From Prorocentrum cordatum (lineage: Eukaryota), in assembly GCA_963575745.1 (NCBI GenBank), contig CAUYUJ010000289.1, positions 1 to 64,000 on the forward strand: a stretch of DNA of 64,000 bases, in the 5' to 3' direction. Shown here piece after piece: positions 23,686 through 35,840 of this stretch. Each line of letters opens with the position of its first letter. Positions within the stretch are counted from its first letter, which is position 1. Under the pieces are notes generated by a model. That model did no database searches. It saw only the letters and a list, made by a program, of their open reading frames with translations, and was not told where the DNA came from. Made by a program: the position numbers and the translations under genes.

Positions 23686-26532
23686 CGGTACTCACACCAG
23701 CATTACTCACAACTGCATATGGTTGGGTCCTTCGCCAGGCTATTTTTTTTTTTCTGCGTGTAATCGTTGCCCCTCATGGTCGTGGGCGGGAAGCACGGCC
23801 GTCCAAGATCCGCGGTCTCGCGGCTCCACGGGTGCAGGGCGGCGGCTCCGCGCGAGCGCCCCCTCGCAGAGAGCGGCTTCCCGGGGTCGGGGAGACGCAA
23901 GGCTCGAGCTCGCCAGAGATGGGGTTCTGATGGTGAGCCTGTTTTCCACCACCACCGCCATGAGTTGGAGGAGGGGAGGAGGAGGAGGAGGAGGAGGAGG
24001 AGGAGGAGGAGGAGGAGGAGGAGGAGGAGGAGGAGGAGGAGGAGGAGGCTGAAGGCTGAAAGTGAGTCAGCGACTGCACACAGACACTGCTCGACCTCCG
24101 CAAATGCGTAAAAGCGGTACAGGGTACAAGAGCTGCCCCTTGGCGTCGGACGACTCGCGGCCCAACCGAACCGACATGGTGCATTGGGGGCACGAGGCCA
24201 CCCTGTCGGCACGATTGGCATTGCGCACTGGGGCCTGCCCAAAGGCCCCAGCCGTGAGTGGACACAAAGCCCGATCGGATTTACGTGGCACATGCCACCA
24301 CCTCTCACGGAAAACTCAAATCCCTGAGGGCCAGACCACATGGGAATAGCCTCCCAGGCGCCTGGCTAACGCCGCCGCCAGCAGGGCAATGCTGAGACCG
24401 AAGGCCGTGCTACACCCAACGACGAGGCCGCGCGCAGCGCAAGCCCCGCCGATACAGGTTTCGCAACGTCCACCCCCAGGCCCAGTGCCCGCTGCATCCG
24501 CACAGAGAGCTGAGGGCCGTGCTACACCCAACGACGGCAGCCTTGCGGCATCCCGCCGATACAGGTTTCACAGCGTCCACCCTCCTCTGTGGAAAAAACG
24601 ACCGGTAGCCGCTCACCCTGACCGCAGATGAAATGCATCGCCCTGAACGGTCTGCCCCGAGGAAGGTGTGGCGCTGGACACCATGAGAACAGGTGCCAGG
24701 CCCCACCCTCGGGGGGAGGAGGAGGAGGAGGAGGGAGGAGGGAGGAGGAGGAGAGGAGGAGGAGGAGGAGGAGGAGGAGGAGATGAGGAGGATGAGGAGG
24801 AGGGAGGAGGAGGAGGCCCCCCTCCCTCCAACTTATGGTGGTGGTGGTGGTGGAGAACACGCCCATCATTTGATTGCTTACGTTTTTTTTGAGAGGCTCG
24901 TCTTTGATTTCGACGGTCCAGTGTTCGTGGGATGTTTGCAGAGGGAGCTTGCGTCAAGTTTCAGACCAGTTCTCCTCTTCTCTCTGGCGGCCCCGTCAGG
25001 CCGACCCGAGTCCTCCGGACCCGAGCTCTACGTCTCACCGACACGGGATCGATTGTCCACGGGTTCGCGCCTCGGTGTTTGGATTGCGGGGGCAAGGACA
25101 TGGGTGCGGATCTCCCTGTCGCTCGCGACGGCGATCTTCCGGGGGGCACAGATGGCGAACGAACTTCGTCGAACGCGCCATGATGACATCGTCCACACAC
25201 ACACGCTGCAGCGGTGTGAGCGACGTACGTCGCTCACACCGCACAGGCCGCACGACACAGCTTGCACCACGGTGTCCAGACTGCACCTCGAGAGCGCAAG
25301 CGCCAGCCGTTCGAGGGGGCCCACGCTGGCGGACATCTCTCGGCATGCTTTCGGGGCCACCCCAGCATGCTCATGCTGTACACCTTAGGCGATGCTTAAG
25401 AAAACCTAAGTTTTCGTCCAGAGTCTCGATGATTCTAAATTTTTCAATGTAAATCCCAAGATTTTGATAGAAGTTCTGGGTCTTATTCAATTTCTGAGAC
25501 TATGAATTTCTTAACCCATGATTTCTTAAGCATTTCGCAGGGTGTATGTGCATCGCCCCCCCCCAGGGGCGACGCGCGCACCGAGAGATCTTGTAGTATT
25601 TGCGTCGTGGCGGGCGTTTTCTAGCCACACCGCTCGGGGAACGATCTACTACAAGATGGGCATACTCATGTTCGGGTCGGACGCGCGCCTCCAAGGAGGA
25701 CATCTAGTATGAGTATGTTCCTGTGCTTCCCATGTTTCGGCGCCGCTTGGCGGTCTTCGGGACCGCGGGACCTGGAAGAGCACGGCCCGCGGGCGAGCAG
25801 CGGGTCCACGGCGACAGGGTCGAGAGCTCTCAGGGTCACGTGGCATAGTACGAGCTCGTTGTCGGGGCTCTGGGGCCCCATGCCTCCAGAGCCCGCGGCA
25901 GCAAAAACACGAATTCTTCACATGGGTTAAATCGGGCCTGTCCCTCTACAGGAGGAATGTTCAAAAATAGTTAAGAAATAGTCTTGGGATGATTTGTAAC
26001 ATGTTTTTTGACTATTTGGGGGTATTTTTCTGTTTTTTTCGGTTTTAATTTTTTCGTCCCAAAATCCCTCTGTAGGGGGACATGCCCGACCTAATTCTAA
26101 GAGGGAGGTCCGGATCGGGGTTCCGAGAGCACTTGGAACCGTCTTGTGGCCCTCGTCGGGCCTTCTGGAGGCATGTCGAGAGGTATCCTGAACCATCGTC
26201 GCCTATCTTGAGCTATCTCCATGGCATCGTTCGGACGTGCGCATGTTGGCTCGACGCTAATCTTGCCTCACCCTGCGAAGAGGAAGCGCGCGAAGCCGAA
26301 AGATGCACGGGAAAGTCTCGGAGGCCCTCTTGGAGGCCCTCTTGGATATCTCTTGGAGGCCCTCTTGGAGGCCCTCTTGGATGCCCGAAGTCCGAGCGAT
26401 GGCAGGTCCCGGAGGCCCTCTTAGAGCATCGGGCGCCCTCTCTTGGAGACATCTCTTGGGCCCTCTTGGGCACTCCAGCCCCTCGGCCCCTCCGCCCGCC
26501 CAGGCCCAGGGGGGAGCTCGCGTGTGTGCTTC

Positions 26533-26578
<46 letters not shown>

Positions 26579-26632
26579 ATCTCTTCGTGGGTTGTATGTG
26601 TGTGCGTGCGTGTGTGTATATATACATATACA

Positions 26633-28288
26633 TATGACAGAGCGTGTTCTACCGCTGCTGGCGAAAAACCGGGGGGTTCCCATCCCGCCCCCCCCCCACC
26701 CCTCGAAAACCGGGGGGGGGTCACTACCGGTTCGAACCCCTCCCCCCCCCAGTCCATCATGAAAAGGGGGGGGGTCACTACGGTTCGACCCCCCCCCCCT
26801 CCCCCCCTCGAAAACGGGGGGGGGGGGTCACTACTGGTTCGACCCCCCCGCACCCCCTCGCCGCTGGCAAACGATTCCCGCTCCTCGTGACAGTTGGACA
26901 ATGGTGGGGATACTGGGACAGTGGTGGGAACGGTGGTGTCGGGGACAGTGGTGCGGGGACAGTGGGACAGAGGTGCGGACAGTGGTGGGGACGGTGGTGG
27001 TGGGGACAGTGGTGAGATGACAGCGGGACACTGGTGGGGACAGTGGGACAGTGGTGGGGACGGTAGTGGTGGGGAGAGTGGTGAAGGCGGTGGTGAGAAC
27101 AGTGGTGGGACAGTGGTACGGTGGGGAGTGGTGGGGACAGTGGGGACAGTGGGACAGTGGTGGGGACAGTGGGGACGGTGGGACAGCACAGTGGGACAGC
27201 GGCGGGGACAGTGGGACAGTGGTGGGTACAGTGGGGACAGTGGGACAGTGGTGGGGACCGTGGGGAAAGTGGGGAGAGTGGGACCGTGGTGGGACAATGG
27301 TGGGGAGAGTGGGGACAGTGAGACACTGGTGGGGGCACTGGTGGGGACAGCGGGGACAATGGTGGGAACAGTGGGGACAGTGGGACAGTGGTGGGGACGG
27401 TGGTGGTGGGGACAGTGGTGTGGGGACAGTGGGAATGTGGTGGAAACAGTGGGACAGTGGAGGGTACAGTGGTGGTGGGGACAGTGGTGAGGGCGGTGGC
27501 GAGGACGGCGGTGGGACAATGGGACAGAGGTACAGTGGGGACAGTGGTGGGGACAGTGGGGACAGTGGTGGGAACAGTGGGACAGCTCAGTGGGACAGCG
27601 GCGGGGACAGTGGGACAGTGGGGACAGTGGGACAGTGGTTGGGGCCGTGGGGAAAGTGGGGAGAGTGGAACCGTGGTGGGAACAGTGGTGGGGACAGTGG
27701 GGACAGTGCGACAGTGGTGGGGGCACTGGTGGGGACAGTGGGGACGGTGGTGGGAATAGTGGGGACAGTGGTGGTGAGGACAGTGGTGCTGGGGACAGCA
27801 GTGGGGGATGTGGTGCGGACGGTGGTAGGGACCCGGGAGTCGTTTGCTGGGCGGTGAGCGTGGGGGGGGATGGGCGGGGGAGGGGTTTCGAACCAGTAGT
27901 GACTTCCGCCGGTTTTCTGGAGGGGGTGGTGGTGGGGTTCGAACTGGTAGTGACCCCCCTCCGGTTTTCCTGGAGGAGGGGGGCTTGAGAGGGGTTTGAA
28001 CCAGTAGTGACCTCCCCTGGTTTTCTGGGGGGGGAAGGTTCGAACCGGTAGTGACACACCCCCCCTGTTTTCCGGAGGGGGGGGAGGGGGGGGGTTCGAA
28101 CCGGTAGTGACCCCCCCCGGTTTTCCGGAAAGGGTTTTGCCGGGGGGAAGGGGGGGGGGGGGCGAGGGGGGGGGTCCAGCTGGGGGGGTGGGGGTGATTT
28201 TCGGAGGGCGGGGGGGTGGGCCCGGGTTCCGGAGGAAGAGGGGGGGAATTTTCCACAGTAGAGCGGCGGTGGATCACGCTCTCTCATA
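26633..28288. mobile_element. 1.65-kb non-autonomous TIR element with inverted subterminal repeats and an internal GGGACAGT minisatellite
   Basis: Ends tatgacagagcgtgttctaccgc / gcggtggatcacgctctctcata. gtcactaccggttcgaaccc repeats on the left and their reverse complement on the right. Sits in TA-rich microsatellite. Confidence 0.75.
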
Positions 28289-28700
28289 CATATTTGTATA
28301 TATATATATATATATAAACGATTATGTATGTATGCGTAGATATATGCATGTATGTATGTATGCATGCATGTATATAGTTGTATATATATATATATGTATA
28401 TACAAGTGGCACGTGTGTGCCCAGGCTCATACAAAAAGAAGACACCATGACTGCAGGATCGGAGATGGAGAAGGGGATGCTGGGGCGGCGCCGCCAGGGC
28501 GTGCCTAACAGAAGGGGAAGAGGCAGGAGATGAACGCAGAAGAATTTAAAATCGAGGTCGCACTCGAGCGCAGGTGGGGTTGCCACACCTTGCGATGTGT
28601 GTGTACCAGGGCCCCCCAGGAAACCTCAAGAGGCCCGACTTGGATACCGGAAGAGGCTCCAGGAGGCCCCGGGATTGTGAGTGTTGTGTGTGTGTGTGTG

Positions 28701-28744
<44 letters not shown>

Positions 28745-29365
28745 ATGTGTGCTCTGTGTTGTGCGTGTTTTCTGTGCGTTGTAGGTGTTGTGTGTGTGTG
28801 TGTGTTATGTCTGTCTAGCGTGTGATGTGTTGGGTGTGATTTGTGTCTCTGTATGTGCTCGTAGTTCTGAGGCCCCAGGAGGCCCCAGGAGGTTCCAGGA
28901 GACCCCCAGGAGACCCCCAGGAGGCTCCGAGGCGGGGTCTGGGGTACCAGAAGGTACAGAAAGCCCCAGGAGGCCCCAGGAGGTTCCAGGAGGCTCCCAA
29001 GAGGCTCCGAGGCGGGGTCTGGGGTACCAGAAGGTACGTCGGGGCTCGATTTTGGGAGGATGTCTCAGGCGAAATCGCCATTCTCTGAGACTCGGGGTCA
29101 AAATCATAGAAATTACAATATGTTTTTGAAGGTTTTATGTTAAGATGTTGAACTTCCCATGTGTTTTTGGACCCTGACGTCACGATCTGCGTGAGGGGTG
29201 CCACAGATTTTCAGAATTTCGAGGATGTCCCGAGCGAAACGGCCAGAACAATCGCGAACGCGGCGCCCCGCGCACGCATTAATCGCCTCTGAGCTCTACT
29301 CCCTCGGAGAGGTGCGTATTTCACACACATATATATAGACCGGTGTATATATATATATGTTATAT

Positions 29366-29400
<35 letters not shown>

Positions 29401-29887
29401 TAATGTATAAGATATTCGTGGGTTTTGTGTATGTGTGTGTATGTGTGTGTGTGTGTGTGTGTTGGTGTGCGGGTTCGTGCGGGTGCGGGTGCGTGTGCGT
29501 GCGTGCGTGCGTGCGTGCGTGCGTGTGTGTGTGCGTGTGTGTGTGTGTGTGTGCGTGCGTGTGTGCGTGCGTGTGTGCGTGGATACCGTCTCCGGGGCAG
29601 GAGATCTCCGAGACTCCAGGCCGCCCCTCGTCCGGCACGCCGCCCCGGGCCACGGCGTGCAGCCCGTGGCTCGCCCCCCGGCCTCGGCGCACCCCCGCGC
29701 GAGTCGGGCCTGTCCCTCTACAGGAGGATATATTGAGAAGTAGGCCAAAAGATCATCAGGGGACGATTTTTCAATCATTTTTGAGCATTTCCTGGTTGTT
29801 TTTATTCACTATTTTCAGTGTTCCGTCCAAATCCCCCTGTAGGGGGGACAGGCCCGACCTACTGGGACCCGCACCCCCCGTGCCCAG

Positions 29888-29926
29888 GCGGAGCTCCGCC
29901 GCGCGCTGGGGGCGCGCGGCCGGGAG
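29888..29926 (+). CDS. Host gene exon D (AELRRALGARGRE; CNBD helix)
   Basis: cccag|GCG acceptor and GAG|GT donor. Phase 0; the first bases GCGG mirror the start of the preceding intron. Confidence 0.62.
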
Positions 29927-30065
29927 GTGCCGCCAGCGGCGCTCTGCCAGGGGAGGAGCGCGGGGAGGGGGGGCGAGGAGCAGGGGGAGCCTACTCCGCA
30001 GGACTGATGTTGTCAGTCTCGGCGAGCGGACACCATCGTCGTCGTAGGCGTGACCAGCATCGCAT

Positions 30066-30510
30066 TTATCATCATCATCATCATCAGCATCACCATCATT
30101 AGCATCCTCCTCATCATCTTCATCAATCTCATCATGAACACCGTCAGTATCAGCATTCGCATCATCAGCATTATCATCATCATTATCATCATCATCACCA
30201 CCGCCATCACCAGCACCAGCATCATCATCATCATCAACATCATCATCAGCATCATCCTCCTCCTCATCATCATCAAACGCATCAGCATCAGCATCAGCAT
30301 CATCACCAGCATCATCATCGTCATCATTATTATCATCACCACCATCAGCATCATCATCATCATCATCCTCATCATCATCACCACCATCACCATCTCCACC
30401 ATCATCATTATCAGCATCATCATCATCACCAACACCATCACCATCATCGTCATCATTATCAACAACATCATCATCATAATCAACATCGTCATCATAACCA
30501 CCATCATCAT
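30066..30510. repeat. (CAT)n microsatellite left of LINE-B (continues at 32061-32290)
   Basis: Direct reading. Confidence 0.95.
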
Positions 30511-30531
30511 CCGTAGCCATTTTGGCTCAAG
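30510..30531 (+). other. DinoSL relic at the 5' end of LINE-B
   Basis: TCCGTAGCCATTTTGGCTCAAG, a complete 22-nt match, directly following (CAT)n. Confidence 0.97.
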
Positions 30532-30674
30532 TTGGAACCATTGCTCCGTGGCTCCAGCTTGGGAGCAGCCAAGGAGCAGATCGAGGGTTCTTGGCAGACA
30601 GGCTGCCTGCGGCTCTCTGTATCCCTTTCCCACCGAGTGCATACCCTCTCCGCCCCTCTCCCGGCCCTGCCGCG

Positions 30675-31575
30675 ATGTCGGTCGATATGGCCGCGATCCA
30701 AGCCATGCTCGATGCCCAGCTCGTGAAGATCGAGAAAACCATAGATGATAAACTCGAGGCGAAAGTCTCGGGATTAGCAGCTACTGTTGGAGTCCAAGGT
30801 CAGATGCTGAAAGAGATCACCGACCGCCTTGAGAAGTCAGAGACCCGTCTCAACGCCATGGAACAGATGGCTCAGATGAGCCCCCGTCAGCCGCCCTTTG
30901 TCAACAGTCAGGGAGGTAAGCGCCGTGCAGTCGACAGCTCTGTCGGGGACGGGTCCACTACGGGAGGGAGTGCAGGAGGAGGATCGTCGCTTGAGGATGC
31001 CCACCGTCTTCTCATCCTTGGGTTCCAGGATCGGTTGATGGCCACCACTCTCGAGAGGGTTGCGAAGGGCATTATCTCTAAGTGTGCGACTGGGCAGGCA
31101 GCAAGTCTCATTCGGATTCGGGCCTATGATCTCCAGAAGAAAGTTACTTTGGATTTCCCTACCCCGGCCATGGCTTCGGACTTCCAGATGAATTTCAGGA
31201 AGCTGAGTGAGAGCTACAGCATGGTTAACCCACGTAATCAGCAGGATGTGTGGCCCCCTTCGTGTTCGTCGTAACTGGTCTCCTCAACATCGGCTTCTCT
31301 TCTGCAAGATGGGAAAAATACGGGGTGCGGTTCAGGAAGAGCTCTCAAAAGTTGGTTTGCAGGCCAATTCTAATGGGATCAGCGGTGACGTCTTCGGCCT
31401 TCGCTCGCGGGAAGACCCTGTTCCTCTTTTTCGCCTCACCTGCTGCCCCCAGAACTCTGATGTGATCCACCTTCGCCCTGACGATGCAGGTCTTAACGCT
31501 CTTGGACTGAACACCCCAGAGATCCGTGAGAAATTCGAGGCTGCGTTTGCCACTGAGCCCACGCGTCCCTTTTGA
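30675..31575 (+). pseudogene. LINE-B ORF1 (coiled coil plus RRM-like region), one frameshift near 31250
   Basis: MSVDMAAIQAML..., coiled coil (LKEITDRLEKSETRLNAME), RLLILGF...VTLDF. Continues in the +1 frame as PLRVRRN...TRPF*. Confidence 0.72.
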
Positions 31576-31809
31576 AGATGAATCGAGCAGGATAGGCCGC
31601 CCTGGGGACCAAATGTTTCCGTCTCTCCCAGGGGCCTCTCTGAACTTTTTGGCGGGTGCTCTCCGCGCCCGAGAAGGGAGGATCGAGTTTAATCTTTCCT
31701 CCAGTTTTGTTGCCAGGAGCTCGAGCCGTTCCGACTCCGACTCGAGCTCGTCTTCGCCCAGTGGGGGTCTGCCCGCTGAATCGTCGCTTTCCTTTCCCCC
31801 CCCCCTTCC

Positions 31810-32055
31810 TGCTCTCTGTCTCTGCTCACTTGGAACTCTAGGGGACTCTTCGCTTCCATTCATCACTCCTCTCTTCGGGCCACACGACGGTACAAACAGC
31901 TTCTGGGATTGTCTCGGCGTTCCAGTATTCTGTGCGTTCAAGAGACCCACGGCACGGCTGGCGATGCAGCGGCGCTCCAGTCCGATCTGCAAGGTTGGTC
32001 GATTGGATTCTCAGGACATACCTCGGACATTGCTGGTGGTGTTCTCACGCTGAAA
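31810..32055 (+). pseudogene. LINE-B ORF2 N-terminus (APE endonuclease fragment)
   Basis: LLTWNSRGL (W at 31831) ... ILCVQETH ... GGVLTL, which are classic N-terminal APE motifs. Truncated at aaaaatat plus the TSD. Confidence 0.9.
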
Positions 32056-32106
32056 AATATTCATAACCACCATCATCATCATCATCAGCGTCATCATCAT
32101 CATCAG

Positions 32107-32142
<36 letters not shown>

Positions 32143-32249
32143 ATTAAGCATCGTCATCATATTAATCATCATCATCGCCATCATCATCACTATCATCATC
32201 ATTATCATCATCATATTCGTAATCATCACCGTCATCATCATCATCATCG

Positions 32250-32288
<39 letters not shown>

Positions 32289-33259
32289 ACGTGTTTGCCG
32301 TTGTTAACGTCGCCATGCTGCCGCGCCCGCATGCGTCACCGACTCGCAGTACAGTGCCCGCGCGTCAGCGGGGCCTGCGAGACGTGCTGGAGAGCCCCCG
32401 GCGGTCAGCGCCACCGGTTCTCCGGCCCCTGGGCCATCAAGAACTGATTTGGGATGGAACATTACCCCAGGGAAAGGGTTGGGCGCTCCGAGGTCGCGTG
32501 TTGAGGAAGACGACAGGGAGAAGGAGGGAGGGAGGGAGGATGATGGAGGGGGGAAGACGAGAGAGAAGGAGGGCAGGAAGGAGGATCACGGGGATGCGGT
32601 GGAGGAGAGGACGAGGAGGGAGGGGGTGGGGGATGGGTGAATGCGCAGGGGAGCAACGGAGGTGAGAGCAGGACGGGGGTGGTGGTGGGGGAAGGAGGAG
32701 GAGGAGGAGCAGGAGGAGGAGGAGGAGGAGGAGGAGGAGGAGGAGGAGGAGGAGGAGGAGGAGTATGGAGGAGGATGAGGAGGAGGAAGAGGCGGAGGAG
32801 GAGGAGGTGGAGGAGGAGGTGAGGAGGAGGAGGTGTAGGAGGAGGAGGAGGAGGAGGAGGAGGAGGAGGAGGAGGAGGAGGAGGAGGAGGAGGAGGAGGA
32901 GGAGGAGGAGGAGGAGGAGGAGGAGGAGGTGGAGGAGGAGAAGGAAGGTGAAGCGGGCGGAGGAGGAGAGAGGAGACGGCGGAAAGGGACAGGATGGGTA
33001 GGAGGAAGAGGCATTCGACGCTGGCAGACGCAGGCGGAGGATGATGGTGGCGGAGGGGATGGGAAGAGAGGGGGAGAAGAAATGGTGGATGGGAGAGTGG
33101 GGACGGACAAGCTAGATGCGCTCGCGGAACATTGGACATCCTATCCCTCCCTCCCATCCCTTCCCATTGTGCTGATTTTTCTTCACCCGCGCACGCGTGG
33201 CAGAATTGACCTGGATCTCCATCACCCCCCCCAGCAAAGCACCCTAACAACAGCAAAGG

Positions 33260-33570
33260 TGACCTGCGGGGCAGGTGGGAACTGTGGGACATGTGCGATC
33301 CGCGGGACCTGAGACCTGGGGGGATCGCGGCACTTGCGAAACTTGTGGGACTTGGGGGACCTCCGTGGGACCTGCGAGACCTGGGGGACCTTTTGGACCT
33401 GGGCGACCTGCGGGACCTGTCGGACCTGTGGGACTTGTTGGGCGGGACCTGCGACACTTGGGACCTGTGGAACCTGTCAGACTTGCGGAACCTCTGGGGC
33501 GACCTGCGAGACCTGTGCGACCTGTGGGGCCTGCGAGGTCAGAGCCGTGGGACCTGCGAGGCCTGTGGGA
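33260..33570. repeat. Degenerate 9-bp minisatellite (GGGACCTG[CT])
   Basis: Visible tandem variants. Confidence 0.8.
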
Positions 33571-34543
33571 TCCACTAACATGGCCCACGCTTTGGCGAGA
33601 GCGCCATCCTGAGCGACGGGAGCAACGCGCCGATCCAAACATGAGGCCCAAGCTGCCGCGGGATCACCATTCCGAAGCACCGAAGCCAATCGGACGGCTT
33701 AAGCCACCGGGAAGCCAACAATGTTTGGCACCCCGCAGGTTCAGCCACGGCGCGCGGAGAGGGCGGACCCACGCACAGGACACTTTCGGGGGAAAGGGGA
33801 GTAGTATCAAGATGGAGCAGTTGTGCAGAACGGGGGGCGAGGAGGAGGGATGTGACGGGAGGGGGCTGTGGGAGGAAGGAGGATCAGCAGGATGAGGGAG
33901 GAGGAGGAGGAGGAGGAGGAGGAGGAGGAGGAGGAGGAGGAGGAGGAAGGAGGAGGGACAGGAGGAACACGACACATAATATTACTAAGAAACATTAGAA
34001 TATGATTCATACTAGCAATATGAAGAAGACGAAACAGACGAATCCGAACATTAATAACCATACTATTAATGACAAGACGAATCGTCGCAATACTACGCAT
34101 ATTAAGAACGACAACAACATTGGCAGTACTACGAATAAACATGATACACATGTTACCATTATTATTTTACGCATAATATGGTACATACGAACAAGACGAA
34201 CACGGATAGGCAGACTAAGCATACTAAGGAGAGGAACCATATTTATACACACAAGAACAATACAACTATTACTACGGATAGTAAGATAGCAATAATCCTA
34301 GGGATCGCCAAACAAGTCACAATACTGGGACTACTCATATTACTTCTGATACTAATCATCTACTAATATCAATCATGCTAATAGAGCAACTATTTTAATA
34401 TACCCATACTCATAAGCATAATCGTACGGTTGATCATAATCACACGACTAATCGTACGAATACTAGTAATAATCAAACATACTACTAAGAGGAGGGGGAG
34501 GAGGAGGAGGAGGAGGAGGAGGAGGAGGAGGAGGAGGAGGATG

Positions 34544-34643
34544 NNNNNNNNNNNNNNNNNNNNNNNNNNNNNNNNNNNNNNNNNNNNNNNNNNNNNNNNN
34601 NNNNNNNNNNNNNNNNNNNNNNNNNNNNNNNNNNNNNNNNNNN
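34544..34643. other. Scaffold gap (100 N)
   Basis: Run of N following a GGA tract. Confidence 1.
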
Positions 34644-34859
34644 AACGCTCTGAGAGCGCTCCGGAACGCTCTGGAGCGATTTATCCCGATCCTAGCCCTG
34701 TTTTAGAGGGAGGGGGGAGAGGGAGGGGGGAGGGGCAAGCTGTGTGCGCTCGCGTCGTATCTGACGTCCTACCCCTCCCTCCCATCCCGTACCATGGCGC
34801 AGATCTCCTCCCCATTCGCGCAGTCGGATGTCGTAGCATGGCATAGCATTACATGGCAT

Positions 34860-35840
34860 AGCATGGTGTTGAAGATTAACGCGTAGCATGACATAGCATG
34901 GCGTGGCGACGCCTCAAAATGAGGGGGGGTCTTCTGCGGCCCAACAAATCAAATCATCGACACCGAATGTGCAATCACTTCCGATGGTTTCTTCGGGAGG
35001 CCATTTTTTAGATTTTCGGTCCTATTCGGAAGAACCGAAAACCATGCCGTGGCATGGCGCTGGAAATAATGAGGCCAGCGCTGCAGCGGGAGCACGATTC
35101 GGAACGAACGGAAGCGCGGAAATGAGGCCAGCGTTTCAGCGAGAGCAGCATTTTGAAAAGCAGCAAGCGCGGAAGCGCGGAAATGAGGACGTGTAGCCTG
35201 ACATAGCATGGCGTGGCGACGCCTCAAAGTTGGGGGGCTTCTGCGGCCCCGAAAATCGACGATTCGACACCGAAGGTGTAATCACTTCCGATGGTTTTTT
35301 CGGGGGGGCATTTTCTAGATTTGCGGGCCATTTGGAAGGACCGAAAACCATGCCGTGGCATGGCGCTGGAAATAATGAGGCCAGCGCCGCAGCGGGAGCA
35401 CGATTCGGAACGAGCGGTAGCCCGAAAATGAGGCCAGCGCTTCAGCGAGAGCAGCATTTTGAAGAAACCCAAGCGCGGAAGCGCGGAAATGAGGACGTGT
35501 AGCCTGACATCGTATGGCGTGGCGACGCCCCATAGTGTGGGGGGGCTTCTACGGCGCAAGAATTTAAATCACCGACACCGAATATGTAATCGCTTCCGAT
35601 GTTTTTTTCGGGGGGTGGGGGTGGGGGGGCACATTTTAGATGTTTTGGTTTATCTGGAAGGACCGAAAACCATGCCGTGGCATGGCGCTGGAAATAATGA
35701 CGCCAACGCTGCAGCGGGAGCAAGATTCGGAACGAGCGGAAGCGCGGAAATGAGGCCAGCGCTGCAGCGGGAGCAAGATTCGGAACGAGCGGTAGCCCGA
35801 AAATAGACCAGCGCTTCAGCGAGAGCAGCATTTTGAAGAA
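34860..35840. repeat. About 305-bp tandem repeat, about 3 copies
   Basis: ccgaaaaccatgccgtggcatggcgctggaaataatga recurs three times. Confidence 0.88.

Larger units (their letters stand above)
30510..32060 (+). mobile_element. LINE-B: SL-headed, 3'-truncated non-LTR element with target-site duplication
   Basis: SL, ORF1 and the start of APE. Flanked by TCATAACCACCATCATCAT at 30492-30510 and 32061-32079. Confidence 0.88.
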
